Shown in pieces: positions 50,297 through 62,406 of a DNA stretch of 64,000 bases. The stretch covers positions 5,482,360-5,546,359 of the forward strand of contig NW_003314261.1 of assembly GCF_000143415.4 (NCBI RefSeq), read 5' to 3'. This DNA comes from Selaginella moellendorffii. Its lineage: Eukaryota > Plantae > Lycopodiophyta. Below the pieces are notes generated by a model that saw only the letters and a list, made by a program, of their open reading frames with translations, had not been told where the DNA came from and ran no database searches. Each line of letters opens with the position of its first letter. The first letter of the stretch is position 1. The translations under genes were made by a program, and so were the position numbers.

Positions 50297-51573
50297 TCAT
50301 AGTTCTTCGATGCTGCTGTTGAAAGGTCGCTTCACAGGACTAATAGCGACAGAGCTCACAATATACTTTTGTGCCTGGTCGCAGAGTTCGTCGGCAGTGC
50401 CTCCTTGAACGCGCGGATGTATGACGATCTTCACTTTCCCTGTTCTCAAAACGTTCTCTTTGCCGTTGGGCATAAGATGTCCAGTACCTACAAGAGCAAT
50501 GGGAACTACCGGAACTTTAGCTTTAGCAGCACACGAGAATGCTCCTTTCTGCAAACCACAAAAAAAAAACATGGTATGGCATTGACAAAAAGTTGGAAAC
50601 ACCCCACCTTGAATGCAGCTAGTGTCCCATCGGTACTCCTTGTTCCCTCTGGAAAAAAGAACACCGACACTCCTCGCTTGAGCAACTCAATGCAACGCCG
50701 AAGACATTCCTGGAGAAGATACGAGACGATGAAACGAAAGAAAAGAAAATCAAAAGAACAAACCAGCTGACTCTTGGCATCCAAGCGATGCAAAGGTATG
50801 TGACCCGTCAAGTACATCGCCCACCCCACGATTGGAATGAAGAACACGCTAGTCTTGCTGATGAACTTGAAGGGTCGACCGAGCTGGAACAAGGCAAAGA
50901 TGTCAAGGAAGCTCTGGTGATTTGAGATGTAAACGGCGGGCTCATTGGGATGCGGTAGATGCTCTTTGCCAACAATCTCCACCTCGTAGAAAAAAAATGT
51001 GCTCGCCGACGCCCAGAGCTTGTTGATGAGATGCTGTGCTTTCCTCCGCTGCCTGTCGAGGAGAAGCACCAGAGGATGCTGGAGTAGCATCACCAGGAAC
51101 AATGGTATTGCCACTAGCGTCGTTGTCAAATAGAAAAGGACCGCCCGGCACTTGTGAAAGAGAGTGATCCCTGGACGAGTGATCGATCAAGAGCTTTTGA
51201 TCGAAATATCGATGCCATACCTTGCAGATTCTCGTCGCCGAATGGTGCGGCAGCCGCTCCTGCTGCCGATTGATCGAAGACCCTAGCGACGATGCGAGCC
51301 ACTGTTCTTGATTCCAGAAAATGCGAGGAGAGGCCGAGGCGCCCCCTGGCCAGCTGCAGTGATTCTCGCGACACCGCGCTCCTTGATCCCAATCCTGCTC
51401 CAGGAATCCGGGGAATATCACCGCCGAAATAAGCAAGCGCCAATGCTCGTGCGACTGAGCTCACCTGAGCAAGAAATCCTGGAAACAAGAGGCCTGCGCT
51501 GGGAGAGAATCCATCCGGGAGAAAGAGCTCGGCACGATTCCACGCTCATCGCTATCGCTGGAGTAGCAGCCAT
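50297..51573 (-). CDS. LPAT1: Plastid 1-acyl-sn-glycerol-3-phosphate acyltransferase (LPAT1/ATS2-like)
   Basis: Transit-peptide-like N-terminus; NHQSFLDI, FKFISK, FFPEGTRS, F|KKGAF and PVVPIAL acyltransferase blocks. Confidence 0.9.
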
Positions 51574-51678
51574 GCCCGCATCATCGGTTCGATTCCCATG
51601 CCCTAAAGTACCCATCAAAGTCAAATTTTAAACGGTCGTCTAGAGTCCGAAATTTAGGGCTCCTCACTTTCCTCCACC

Positions 51679-53473
51679 ATGGCCGTGGCAGCGCTGGGAG
51701 CTTCTCTATGGTTGCCGCCGCAGGAATTCTCCTCGTTTCCACTCTGGATCGACCGGCGCCAAGGTCCTTGTTTTCCCAGAATTAGGGCTCTTGCAGCGCG
51801 GAAGAATGCCAATGCCGCCGCGTCGTCTCCCAGCGTGATGCTTGTCTCAGACCTTGATTTCACCATGGTAAGCCTACATTTCTGTTATACTCTTGGAATT
51901 TCTCGAAAAATTTTGGCCTCAGGTGGATCACAAGGATCAAACTCATTCTTCTCTCCTGGATTTTGCGTCCCTGTGGGAAGCTGAGTACTCTCGGGATTGC
52001 CATCTCGTGTTTTCGTCTGGGAGATCTCCCGAGAAGTATTTGGATTTGCGGAGGCAGGTTCCTCTCCTCACGCCGGACACGATCATTTGTTCCGTTGGCA
52101 CTGAGATCCGGTATGGTCCTTCAATGACTCCTGACAATGGCTGGGAAGAGCATTTGGACGAAGGATGGAACCGAGAGATCATAGTCGAGGAGGCCAAAAA
52201 ATTTGCGACGCTCCAGTTTCAGGTTCTTTGCTTTCTGGTGTTTCCAAAAAAAGAATTTTTTGTTTTTTTGCCTCTGTCGACAGGAGGATTCGGAACAACG
52301 TCCTCACAAAGTGAGCTTCAAGGTCGAGAAAAAGGATGCCGAGGAGATCATCCGGCGATTTTCAAAGAAGTTCAAAGAACTGAAGGCGAGTGTTGGGACA
52401 ATTAGTCGTCTTTGTTTGCTAGTTTTGTTTGATGGTTTTTCTGATTCTTGCAGTTGTGATGAACAGCTTGATGCGAAGTTGATATACAGTGGGGGCATTG
52501 ACCTGGATGTTCTTCCTCAACGCGCAGGCAAGGGCGAGGCACTGGCGTATCTCATGAAGAAGGCTAACTCGGAGGGATGGGCGAAAGAACGAGTCCTTGT
52601 TTGTGGAGACTCTGGGAACGACGTGGAGCTTTTCACCGTCAAGGGCGTCAATGGAGTCATAGTAAGCACAAATAGTGTTTCTTTTTTTCTTTTTTTTCCT
52701 TCAGTAACGTCTACTCATTCACCAGGTTGGCAATGCATTCGAGGAGCTTGTCAAATGGTACAGCTCTCAGTCCTCGAAAGATCACATCCACTTCGCAAGC
52801 AACAGATGTGCCGGGGGTATAATCGAAGCTCTCAAGTTTTTCGACATGGGACCGGCCTTGCCTCCACGAGAGAGGCCGGGTGGTAACTCGAACGGAGCCG
52901 CGTCTCCAAGGCGAGAAATTGTCGATTTCTATATCTTCTTCGACAAGTGGGTTAAAGGTGACATTCCGAACACTGACGAGGCCTTTCAAAGATTGACATC
53001 GGTGATTGTAAGTGTCCAAAAGCTTTTTCTTCTTTTTTACCGGCTTTGTTCTTGTCCAGGCTGAAGATGCAAGAATGGTGTATCCCTGGGGAGAAGAATT
53101 AAATTTGTTACAGTCCCTCGCCGTTGTTCGGGGACAGCATGGAGCATTTCAAGGGAAAGAACTCCGGACTTGGGTGGACAGTATTCAGGAACAGGAGCTA
53201 GCCCCGGGAGTGTATCTTGCGACATGGCAGTCTTGGGAGCAGCCTTCAGGTAAAACGCTTCTCCTCAAAACACCATTGTCATAAGTTCTACTGTCATGTT
53301 TCGGTGCCTAAGGGGAGAATCGCAAAGGCTACTATGCAACAGCCGTGTTTAAAGACAAGGTAAGCAAGCGCTCTCGTCAAGTGTGATACTTATCGTGATG
53401 CATTGGACAGGAAGGAGCACCTAATGGAGTCGAATGGCTGCGAGTTCATCAAACTCCTCAAAAACAGAAGTGA
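51679..53473 (+). CDS. SPP: Sucrose-phosphate phosphatase (HAD domain plus S6PP C-terminal domain) with N-terminal extension
   Basis: MLVSDLDFTM|VDH, SSGRSP, SVGTEIRYG, EQRPHKVSF, YSGGIDLDVLPQRAGKGEAL, CGDSGND; C-terminal domain ends VEWLRVHQT. Intron 52386-52466 is GC-AG. Confidence 0.92.
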
Positions 53474-53618
53474 TCGCTCATGAAAGCTCTGAGGAACTTT
53501 AGAGGTAAGAAAGCTATGGTCAAATAAAATCTGAAACTGTGGTTTCGCTTATTCCAGTCAGCTATATAGATCGAACAAGCACAAGTACTAGCACAGATTG
53601 TAAAAACAACCCGGTTTT

Positions 53619-56600
53619 TCAGCTTGGGGGGAGCTTACATCCCAGAGCTATGGCTGCCGACGCCAGGAAAGACTCGGACAGTCCTTCCGCTCGCCTGTAA
53701 TGCGTTTCCCACGCAATGGACTGCTCCACGTCCTCAAGCCAAGCGCCAGCTTTGTCACCCGGATAGCTCGCACGTAAGACATCAGTCGAAACGATCTCTC
53801 GCAGCAATGAAGCGCTCGACGCTCGGATGCGAGGACTGTCGTGCGACAGGCACCTCACAATCGCTGGCAAGCGTTCCTGCAAAGGATGATGCATCAGCAC
53901 TGCTCCATTTCTCAAGCAACCGTCACGTACCTTGAGCAGGATCAGTAATCCTCGAGAAGAAACTTTCCAAGCGCACAGTGACTTGATCGCCATGGCGATT
54001 GCCTCCAGCAACTGAAGAACACAAACACAAAAACTTGGCTTTGAGCGTTCTGTGATGCTTTCCATCTTTTACCTCGAGCTGTGGCAGTGTGCAAGGCTCT
54101 CCATCCACGGACATGCCGTCGGTCGCCTGGTACAGCAGTGTCCCCGCGTTTGCGATGAGCCCAAGAACTTGTGGATCATTCAGCCGGAGAAGCTCGCTCA
54201 GCAGGAAGACAATGCGCGTGTTCATCCGCCACTTCTCCTCTCCTCCATCTCCAATGATCCACGGTTGGATACCTCTTTCAGCCTGAACAATCCAGCCTCC
54301 TGTCACGTTTCAACATTCACAACTACATTCTTGCGGAGAAAGCATCTCGCGGATTACCTGGAGCAGCACCACCGAGGTCGCCTTCTCCGGGTACGTTAGC
54401 ACGACGTTACACACCGCGTCCACAACCTGCAAGGCCAAAAATACGAAGATGAGAAACGAAGCTGGAGAGAAGATCACACACACACACACCTGACGCCATC
54501 CCTGCTTGGCTGACGTCCCTTCTTTGCTCGTCGGAAGCTCTTCCGCGGACATGAGCCTCTGCCAGAGCAGCGGAACAATCGCCACGGCCAAGTCTCGCTT
54601 TTGCTTGAGCACCGCCTTGAGCAAGTCACTGACCGTGGTGCTCACTCCATTGCAACCGCACAGGAGGTTTGTCACGTCGGAGGCGTTGAGAGACAGTGAA
54701 GCGTCCTTCACGCCATCTTTCGTGAATCCACTGATGATTTTCTGCGCCTGCTTGGAAGAAAGTGTGCGCTTCTCGTCACCACTCAGCTTGTCCGCATAGT
54801 TGAACACTGCTTCCACTGCTTTGTCGTTGCCATCGACCAACGCAAGGATCGATGCCGCCTTGGAGCTCACTCCGGGATCCCATTTGCACCGCACAATGGC
54901 AGTCAGTGCGTGCGTGCAAGCCCGTGATCTCCCGAGAAGCCTGGATATGTGCGCAGCTACGATGGCCGCCTCGACGAGATCGTTGGGACTGTTGGTGTTG
55001 GGTCCAACTCCCGGAGAGAAAGGCTCGACCACCAAGAGGCCTTCGAGAACCGACATCAGTCTTCGCGCTTGGTACGCCGAGTTCGTCACCCCGTTGAAAG
55101 CAGTACCATCGGCTGCTGAGAAAGTGCATAGCTGAACTTCACACGCCAGTGCGCAGACCGCCGCAATGAGATACGAGTCGAAGCTTGCAACAGCTCCTCT
55201 GTCCTTGTTTGAGCTGTGAGTGCTCCTCTTCTTGCTACTGTCACTTCCATTCCCCTGGCGTAGAGTGTCATGGCTGAGGCAGACTGTGAGAGCGTCCGAC
55301 AGTAGCTGCGACGCAAGAGCCGGACCAAGGAACGCCTCCGTAAACAGGCAGTGAACCAAGGCACGTAGCTCCGCCATCCCGGCAGGATCAACCCCTGAGC
55401 CCGACGCACTTCTGAAGTTCCCGTTCTTCTGTTCTTTCCAGTCGTCAAGCGGGAACGTTCTTCGCAGGATAGCATCCACTGTCGCCGAAAATATCCTTCG
55501 CAAGCAAGTTTGAGACTGGCAGCCTTTTGGTACGTGCTCCAGAACACGCAAGAAGGGCCTGAATAACGTCCAGGATAGCAGCGGTGGCTGCAAAGGCGTT
55601 GCTATCACCATCTCTGGAAGGTCGACGACGGACTTGTCAAGTGGAATGAGTCCATAGGCTGCTTCCCAGAGCACACATATCCGCCATTCCACGTCGCGGC
55701 CATGGTCCCGCATTAAAGATGCCACCCCCTTTGCAGTAGCTTCCTCATTTACCTGGGTTGCCAGTGCCTCCATCTGTGCATGAAATAATACGTCAATGCC
55801 TGAACAAAAGCGATGCAAGTTTTCGGTACCTCCTCACTACCATCCAAACGTATCGGAGGTCCATATAGAGGCTGCACGACCTGAGCGCCTTGCGCATGTC
55901 CTCTGGGAGGGAAGAGCAGCGCGGGCTGCGAGAACAAACGGAAAAGTAAGGCAGCTGCAGCATCAGATGCAATCCCCTGCTTCATCGTCATCGCTGCACC
56001 CATCGGCCTGAGAAAATGAAGACGGAACCAATTCTCAGGCAGCTGCAAACAAGAAAACATCAGCACACGCTGGGATAATGACAAGGAGAAGATCACGTAC
56101 TCTGAAGGACGAGCTGCTGTAATCTTCTGCGGCACGAAGTAACTCAACCAGCTGAACAGCAGCGTCTAACGCATCCGGGGCCCATGAGGCAGGGGCCTCG
56201 AGAAGCCCAAGAAGTAAACGCTGAGTAGCTCCAGGAGTCGCAATAGCATAGTATCTACGTGATGGTGGCCAGACATACAAGCTTTAACTTACAACCAACA
56301 AGCTCTTGGCTTACCGGTGAAACAAGCGTGCAAATGGTTCCAGAGGTGGTAATCCTGCGACTAAATGCTCGTCCAGGCTAGTGCTTGGAGGTGGAAGAAG
56401 CAACGCTGGAACTGCAGCAGCTGTTAAATCCGCTGTCTCGTAACGTAAAACTTCGTCATCGCACACACTGGAAATAACTGCGGCTCCATTTGCAACAGCC
56501 CACCGAGGAGTCGAGGACAGTAGCTGCGGATGCTTTCCATGACCTTTGCCGCTAACAGCTGATCACAAACGCAACTATTTCAAGCAAGACAAAATGAATT

Positions 56601-57579
56601 CGTCACTCACCAGTTGTCGGTGGCCTAAGATCTCCGCCGCCAGCATATTTTCCCAAAACTCCACCACACCTGGCAAGAAATGGTCATTTCGGACAAAAAG
56701 AAATGCTTGACTGCTACTTACCAGCGAAAGTAGTCGCTCTTTGTGCCTAATGGCGCAGCGAGAAGGCTGTCTGTGATCCAAGGCGTCAAGAGCCGCTTTG
56801 GTGCTCGCCTTCCGTTGTCTGGACTTCCACTTCCGTCTCTGTCCGCCGGGTCCCCACTGTCAGAAGAGCTTCTTTTCTCTCCATCAGCAGAACTCTCAGA
56901 CTTGTAAATCGGTCGGTTATAGTGTGTCAAGAGGCGCAATATCTCTCCACAGGCAAGAGCCCATTGCTCTGTCAAATCTCTCTGCAAAAATGAAGTAAAC
57001 GTTTACAGCGATCAGCCAAGATATGTAATATGTGACTATTACCTCGCTAGAAACACCAAAGACTGAAACAAAAGATCCAAAGGGAGGAGTAGTTTTGCTG
57101 TAAGCTAAGGTCCCATCGATCACGCAGGACAGGAGAGGATGCAGGATCGTGTGACCGTGCTCTGGATGATGGAGGACGAAAGTAGCTGCAGGAACCATCC
57201 AAACGATCAGACTCCAGGAAAACACGAATCAAACGAAAAATGGGTAGTACCTAGCACGTCGTCTAAAAGGCAAGGTTCCTTGTGTGGATAGTGATCACGA
57301 ACAAGCTAAGGAAGAAGCAAGAAAAATCAGTGCAAATTTGAGGAGGAGGAAGAAAAAAACCTCCGCAATATCTTCAGGAAAGCTGTCCGAAGCAAACTGG
57401 CCGAAGAGCTCAACGTAAGCGACAGTCTTGGTCTGTGCAGCACAGAAACTGGAGTGAAATTCTATTCCCAAAAGCAAAGGAAACTGCAATACCTGTCTTT
57501 CGTGGAGATCTAGCGGAGGCGCCCGGAACAGCGATGTAGATTTAAGGCCGGTCAGCCATTTCTGCTGAGGGGATGACAT
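53619..57579 (-). CDS. GI: GIGANTEA circadian clock protein, multi-exon
   Basis: KWLTGLKSTSLFRAPP; AYVELFGQF..FPEDIAE; FVLHHPEHGH; EQWALACGEILRLLTHYNRPIYK; YYAIATPGATQRLLLGLLEA; SAKQGWRQVVDA; IAWETHYR. Confidence 0.97.
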
Positions 57580-58025
57580 AATTCAGCAAGAACGCATCGC
57601 TGGAATTCCAGGCGCGATCTATCAAATCGCTACACACTGGCAGCGCCTCCCGGAGGAACCCTAAGAAACAAATATTGGCCACAAATGGGGGCATCAGGTG
57701 ATGTGATCCACTCGCGGCGACGTGGCAGGCTGTGGTTGCTTCGGCGGCAAATATCTCCCAGCCCTGGCAAATATCGCGCAAAATATCTTCGAGAGATTCG
57801 CGTGTACAGCGTGGAAAGATCAAAACGATTGCTCGCCACGTAGCGCCTTGGCACGGTTCGAGCCCTGCCACGATATAGAAAAATTTCGAGAAGACTGAAA
57901 GAGTTTTGTGATAGCAACTTACCAACTTCCACCTAGTCATTTGCTATTTAAACGGAGGACATGATTTTGTGGATGGAGTACTTCCAGATTCTCCAAATAA
58001 CTGCAAACTTTGCTTGGTGCTAATG

Positions 58026-58520
58026 TCAAGAGAGCACTTCATTTCTTCTCATCTCCCCTTGAAAACGTAAAAACGTGAGAAGAAAGCCAGGAAATAAATC
58101 GAAGCAGTAGACCTTGGCTGTAATGCCAGCCTCCATGTAGAAACAATAATCGTCCTCTCCAAAAGCAGGAGCACAGTGCACCACGCTTGTGTGCTTGCAA
58201 CCACAAGGAATGCAGTATTTCACAGCTCCAAACAAAGGCTTGTACCTTTTTCCAGATCTTGTGCTGCTCAAAGTCTCATAATCGCAGCTTTAACTTTCAG
58301 AAAAGAAAGTAGCACTATGTAGACAGCCGAGGTCTCACCTGGAAAAAGAGAGACACGGAGAATCTATAACAAGTCAATTAACACATATAGTCTGAGGCTT
58401 ACTCTGACGTAGTTAGTTTGCATTCACACATAGTGTTGGGAGCGTCCACGGTGTCGTAGTTCAAGCAACCATAGTGGCGTTCTCGCTATCATCCAGGAGA
58501 GGGAACGACACCGTATCGAA
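58026..58520 (-). pseudogene. Fragmentary isoleucyl-tRNA synthetase pseudogene
   Basis: VSFPLLDD..VA*TTTPWTLP (TGA in place of the conserved Trp of AWTTTPWTLP) and VVHCAPAFGEDDY. Most of the enzyme is missing. Confidence 0.75.
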
Positions 58521-58956
58521 ATACACTAAGCTGTGACGATCTTTAGTTTTGGTTTGCTTCGAAGTTTGATCGAAGGTCGAGGAAAGACTTCGCCACTAAC
58601 TCTTTTAAAGAGGTGATCTTTGAGCTCCAAACAAGAATTGGAGATGGATGGGAGTATCCTTTCCGCTCTTCCTGGTTCTCCAATCTCTCCTCCTCAAGTA
58701 ATACACCGCTCCATTCTCGACTGGAGCATTCTCGTGTTTGTTTAGCACGCTTCAGGAATCCTCTCGGCCAGTGCTCGAAGATCTAGAGCTTTTAGACGAC
58801 AAACCATCCTCGAGTGACACTGGAGATCTTCAGTGCAGTGTAAGTATAATTAAAGCAAAGAAATTGGCTTGAACTCGTGTGTGTTGCCGCCAAATGCCTT
58901 TCCTGGGCATGCTTTATTGTTCCTAACCCACAAGTAAAATGAAGCCAAGAAAAATG

Positions 58957-59030
58957 TGGCTTCATCCAGGTTTGAACTGGAGACCTTCAGTGTGTAAGAC
59001 TGACGTGATGACCAACTACACCATGAAACC
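58957..59030 (-). tRNA. tRNA-Val (anticodon TAC)
   Basis: GGTTTCATGGTGTAGTTGGTCATCACGTCAGTCTTACACACTGAAGGTCTCCAGTTCAAACCTGGATGAAGCCA forms a full cloverleaf. A TTTTT Pol III terminator follows 2 nt downstream. Confidence 0.92.
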
Positions 59031-59887
59031 ATTAACGAATGTATTTTTTGGCCATTTGCAATTTTCCTACCCAATGCAAGGAAAAAGAGTGCTTTCGCAT
59101 CCAGATTCGAACTTTATATTCTCTGTCATCGGAAGATCGTAGAAGAACTCCCGAGAGATTAAACCTCCAAGCCCCTGGATTAGCGGCTCGTTCCACACCG
59201 AGAGAGAGAAGAACCTGTGTGTCGTTGGCGATCCCGAACAGGTTTTCTGGCTTGCTCCACCGTTTCAAGACTGTGGAGAAGAAGTTCAAGGAGCTGCCTC
59301 TGAAAACTCCAGACAGAGTTTACCAAGGAGATCACAGCTCTCGAAGAGCACTTGAAAAAGCACCAGCTTCTTCAGTCTTGGGATCATACTCACGGATAGA
59401 CTCTCTAAGCTGTATTTCATAGGCCTCCAATTCTGCCATCACGTAATCCTGTGTGGAAGCATGAACGTTCCTTCTATTATTGTGTTTCTCAGGACCTTTA
59501 CATCGCTGGAAAGAACCTACTTCGCTCTTCACTGGCTCTCACGCACTTCATGGACTTCGTAAGCTTTCCTTCGCTCTTTTTAGCTCATGGAAACGAGGCC
59601 AAAGTTTCGATGAAGTTTGATCTACCGGACATTGACATGTGTCTTAAGAATTTCCGTGGCTCTAGCTATGATTCCATGTATGATTCTTTGATCCCGACAT
59701 GCCATTGCGCCATCATTTTGAGTATATAAAGGGGTCGAGAAGAGAGGAATTTCTCAGGGGAGAGCTTGAAACATTAGCGTTTGGATCCCCCGGAAATGGG
59801 CCGCTTGCCCGCGACCGCTCTGGCAGACAGTGTGGCTCTTCAGGCTAAGTCTCTATGGCCAACTTATTCGTGGTCTAGAGGATAGCA

Positions 59888-60600
59888 TTAGGTACACAGC
59901 CCCAAAGCTGGCCCGTAAATCTCTTTCTTTCCTACTGTCAGCACGAACGCACCCATCTCTGCGGCAGGCTTGTCCATAGAAGTAAACGGCATGCTCGCAA
60001 TCAAGTCTCGGGCTTGATCCAAGCGCCCAACTCTGCTGAGAGCGTCCACCTTGCAGCTGTAGTGCTCCATTCTAGCTTCCACATCGAAACGAAGCAGGAC
60101 CTCGCTCTCTCCACTTCTCCACTTCGAGCGCAAAGCAGCAAATGGCTCAATTCCCAGACATTCCAAAATTTTGGAGCAGGGGCCTCTGTACGCATGCGAG
60201 ATCAAATTGGGCTGAGGCATCGAATCAAACGTCCAGGTGCCCGTCTGGGCATATGCCCAGAGAAGCGACGTCCACGACGCGAGATCTCGCTCGGGCATCT
60301 GAGAAAAGAGTTCTTCCGCTTTGGAAATATCCAGAGCATGGAAAAATGCTGTTAGCATTGCGTTCCAAGAAGAAATGTCGCAGCGAGGCATCAGTGCAAA
60401 GATCCGCGCTGCCGCTTCAGGATGCCTGTTGTGGACATATGCCGGGAAAATCGTCGTGAAGGAGACTGTGTTGTGCTCGGGCTTACTCTCAAAGGCGCGC
60501 ACCTCGCTTCTTCCAGGTTCCCACTCTGCGATCTAGCTGCTCCATTTCTTGGAAATTCGTCGAGCACAAGGCTCTTAACCTCGTGGTCCTGGCTTCGAGC
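59888..60600 (-). pseudogene. Decayed PLS-PPR gene
   Basis: ISSWNAMLTA..KAEELFSQMPERDLASWTSLLWAYAQ and EHYSCKVDALSRVGRLDQARDLIASMP are present, but with internal deletions and frameshifts. Confidence 0.8.
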
Positions 60601-60899
60601 TCCACGGCCGGCGAAGGCACAGTATTGCATTGTTTTCCTTTTGCTCGTCGTGCTTGCGAGAGATGAAAATCTTTTAGCCATGTCCATGATCGACAGAGTT
60701 TGCGACTTCGAAAGTTTCTTGAGCTATGGGCATCTTCCGGAAGAAAATGGGAAAGCCCTTCACCGAGGAGAGGCGGAACAAACACACAGCAATTCGGCTG
60801 CGCAGGATCTCCAGACCGTATGGAAATCCGGAGGCCGCACGACCAGGCTCCTGGAGGCCGAGAACCTGCTTGAGGTGAGGACAACCACACCCGAGACAA

Positions 60900-61672
60900 C
60901 CGCGAGCTCAAGAAGGTGACGATCCAGGCATTTGGAAAGCGAGGTGGCATGGAGGAGGCCCGGACGCGTTCGAGGAACGAGGCATACCAGGCGATCTTCG
61001 AGGCCTACGTGTGAACAACGGGCATTGGGAGGAGGTCAGGGACGTTTCTTCATCTCTCCCTTGGATCCAGATGATGGCGTACAGTGCAAGGTGGCAGAAG
61101 CGAGCAAGTGGATGCCGCACAAAAGGCCCTGGGGCGTACGCGAGCAACGGCCTGGTCGACGAGGACAGTGAGATGCTCCAGAGCGTCCAGCCTCGGATTC
61201 CATCGCCGCCAACGCGGTGCTAGCAGCATTCGCTCAGCGGAGCTGTTCGATTCCATGCCCGGGCATCTGATTCAGGCAAAGGAGCTGTTTGACGTGGTGC
61301 TGGTGAGGAGCACCGTCACCTGGGCGTCCCTCATGGAGGCGTGCACCCATCAACAACCGCGCGGGGCAGGCGCTGGAGATTTTCAACACGGAGAACTGCT
61401 GGGGCCAGCAGATGCCCGACCAAGTGGCAAGTGGTCCTCTCGGCGGTTTGTAGCGCGCATTCTTGGCTCCGGTGCCTGGACGACGCTGTGGACATGGCTA
61501 CGGCATCCGGCCGAGCATGGAGCACTACTGCGCGATTGGAGCTGACCGATGACTGATCGCACTGCTGACCGAGTGGAGCTGGGCAACGCCGAGGAGCTGG
61601 CAGCAGGCACGCCGTTCGTAGCCCCGGCCTCGGCGTGGAAGCTGCTACTTGACGGGTGTAAGATTCGGCGAT
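60900..61672 (+). pseudogene. Second decayed PPR gene
   Basis: Frame-broken pieces AYASNGLVDE, AELFDSMPG..AKELFD..TVTWASLMEA and ELGNAEELAAGTPF..SAWKLLLDGCK. Confidence 0.7.
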
Positions 61673-61739
61673 GAGATAGCTAAGCTAGATCCCCCGAGCC
61701 ATTCGTGATAGTGACACGTGGCTAGGGCAATTCTTTGCT

Positions 61740-61786
61740 ATCCCACATGCCGAGGCGAGGAATGAGGGCACAAGAGCAGTATATAA
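61740..61786 (+). promoter_or_regulatory. Plant snRNA promoter: USE plus TATA
   Basis: ATCCCACATG at 61740 (-70) and TATATAA at 61780 (-30), 40 bp start to start. This is the Pol II-type geometry. Confidence 0.85.
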
Positions 61787-61809
61787 GCTAGGGTCTGGGG
61801 AGGAGTTTC

Positions 61810-61970
61810 ATACTTACCTGGACGGGGTTTATTGGTGATTATGAAGGCCAATGGCCTAAGTTCGGCTTTCCCATCGCACTCTGGCTTGGCCAGCCTACCA
61901 TCTTCCCAAAGTGGAGGAGTGGACGTCGTAATTTGTGGAAGTTGAGGGCTCGTGTACGCGCGGCCTTCTC
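61810..61970 (+). ncRNA. U1: U1 snRNA (divergent variant)
   Basis: 5' end ATACTTACCTGGACGGGGT, Sm site AATTTGTG, GC-rich terminal stem-loop, about 161 nt long, USE/TATA upstream. Confidence 0.92.
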
Positions 61971-62064
61971 CAAATTAACTTGTAAGTTGATCGATCTCCC
62001 AGCAAGACCAAGGCTTCACTGAGAAATTCTTTTCCACGGTATCCGAATTCGTCTATAGCAGGGG

Positions 62065-62159
62065 ATCTTTAAGTTGATCACACATGATCTTCCGTGATCC
62101 CTCCAAGCCAGAAGATCACAGAGGGATCACGGAAGATCATGTGTGATCAACTTAAAGAT
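62065..62159. repeat. Perfect 39-bp inverted repeat with 17-nt loop (hairpin / candidate small-RNA precursor)
   Basis: 62065-62103 ATCTTTAAGTTGATCACACATGATCTTCCGTGATCCCTC is the exact reverse complement of 62121-62159. Confidence 0.95.
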
Positions 62160-62406
62160 TTGGAAGAGCAGTGTTGCCTGATTTGATTCTTCTAAAAAAC
62201 ACGCCTTTGTTAGCAAAGCAAGAGATTAAAAAAAACCCTGGGACTCAAGCTTAACAATATCTCAGATGAGAAAATCAAGGAGAAATAATTTTGAGATACA
62301 GGTTCCAGCTACAAGCGCCCAGAGACTACAATGACTATCACCGGTTCCGGCCCCAAAGCTAGATTGGCTCTCACAAATACCCCCGGATACCTGTGTGGCT
62401 CTTCAG

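Noticed and set aside
59060-59730. Possible small gene (DYVMAELEAYEIQLRESIREY..)
   Set aside because: I could not build a coherent spliced ORF or recognise a family; left uncalled.
61810-61821. Idea that the U1 variant is specialised for the GC-AG introns
   Set aside because: Its 5' end ATACTTACCTG is fully canonical, so there is no compensatory change for GC donors.
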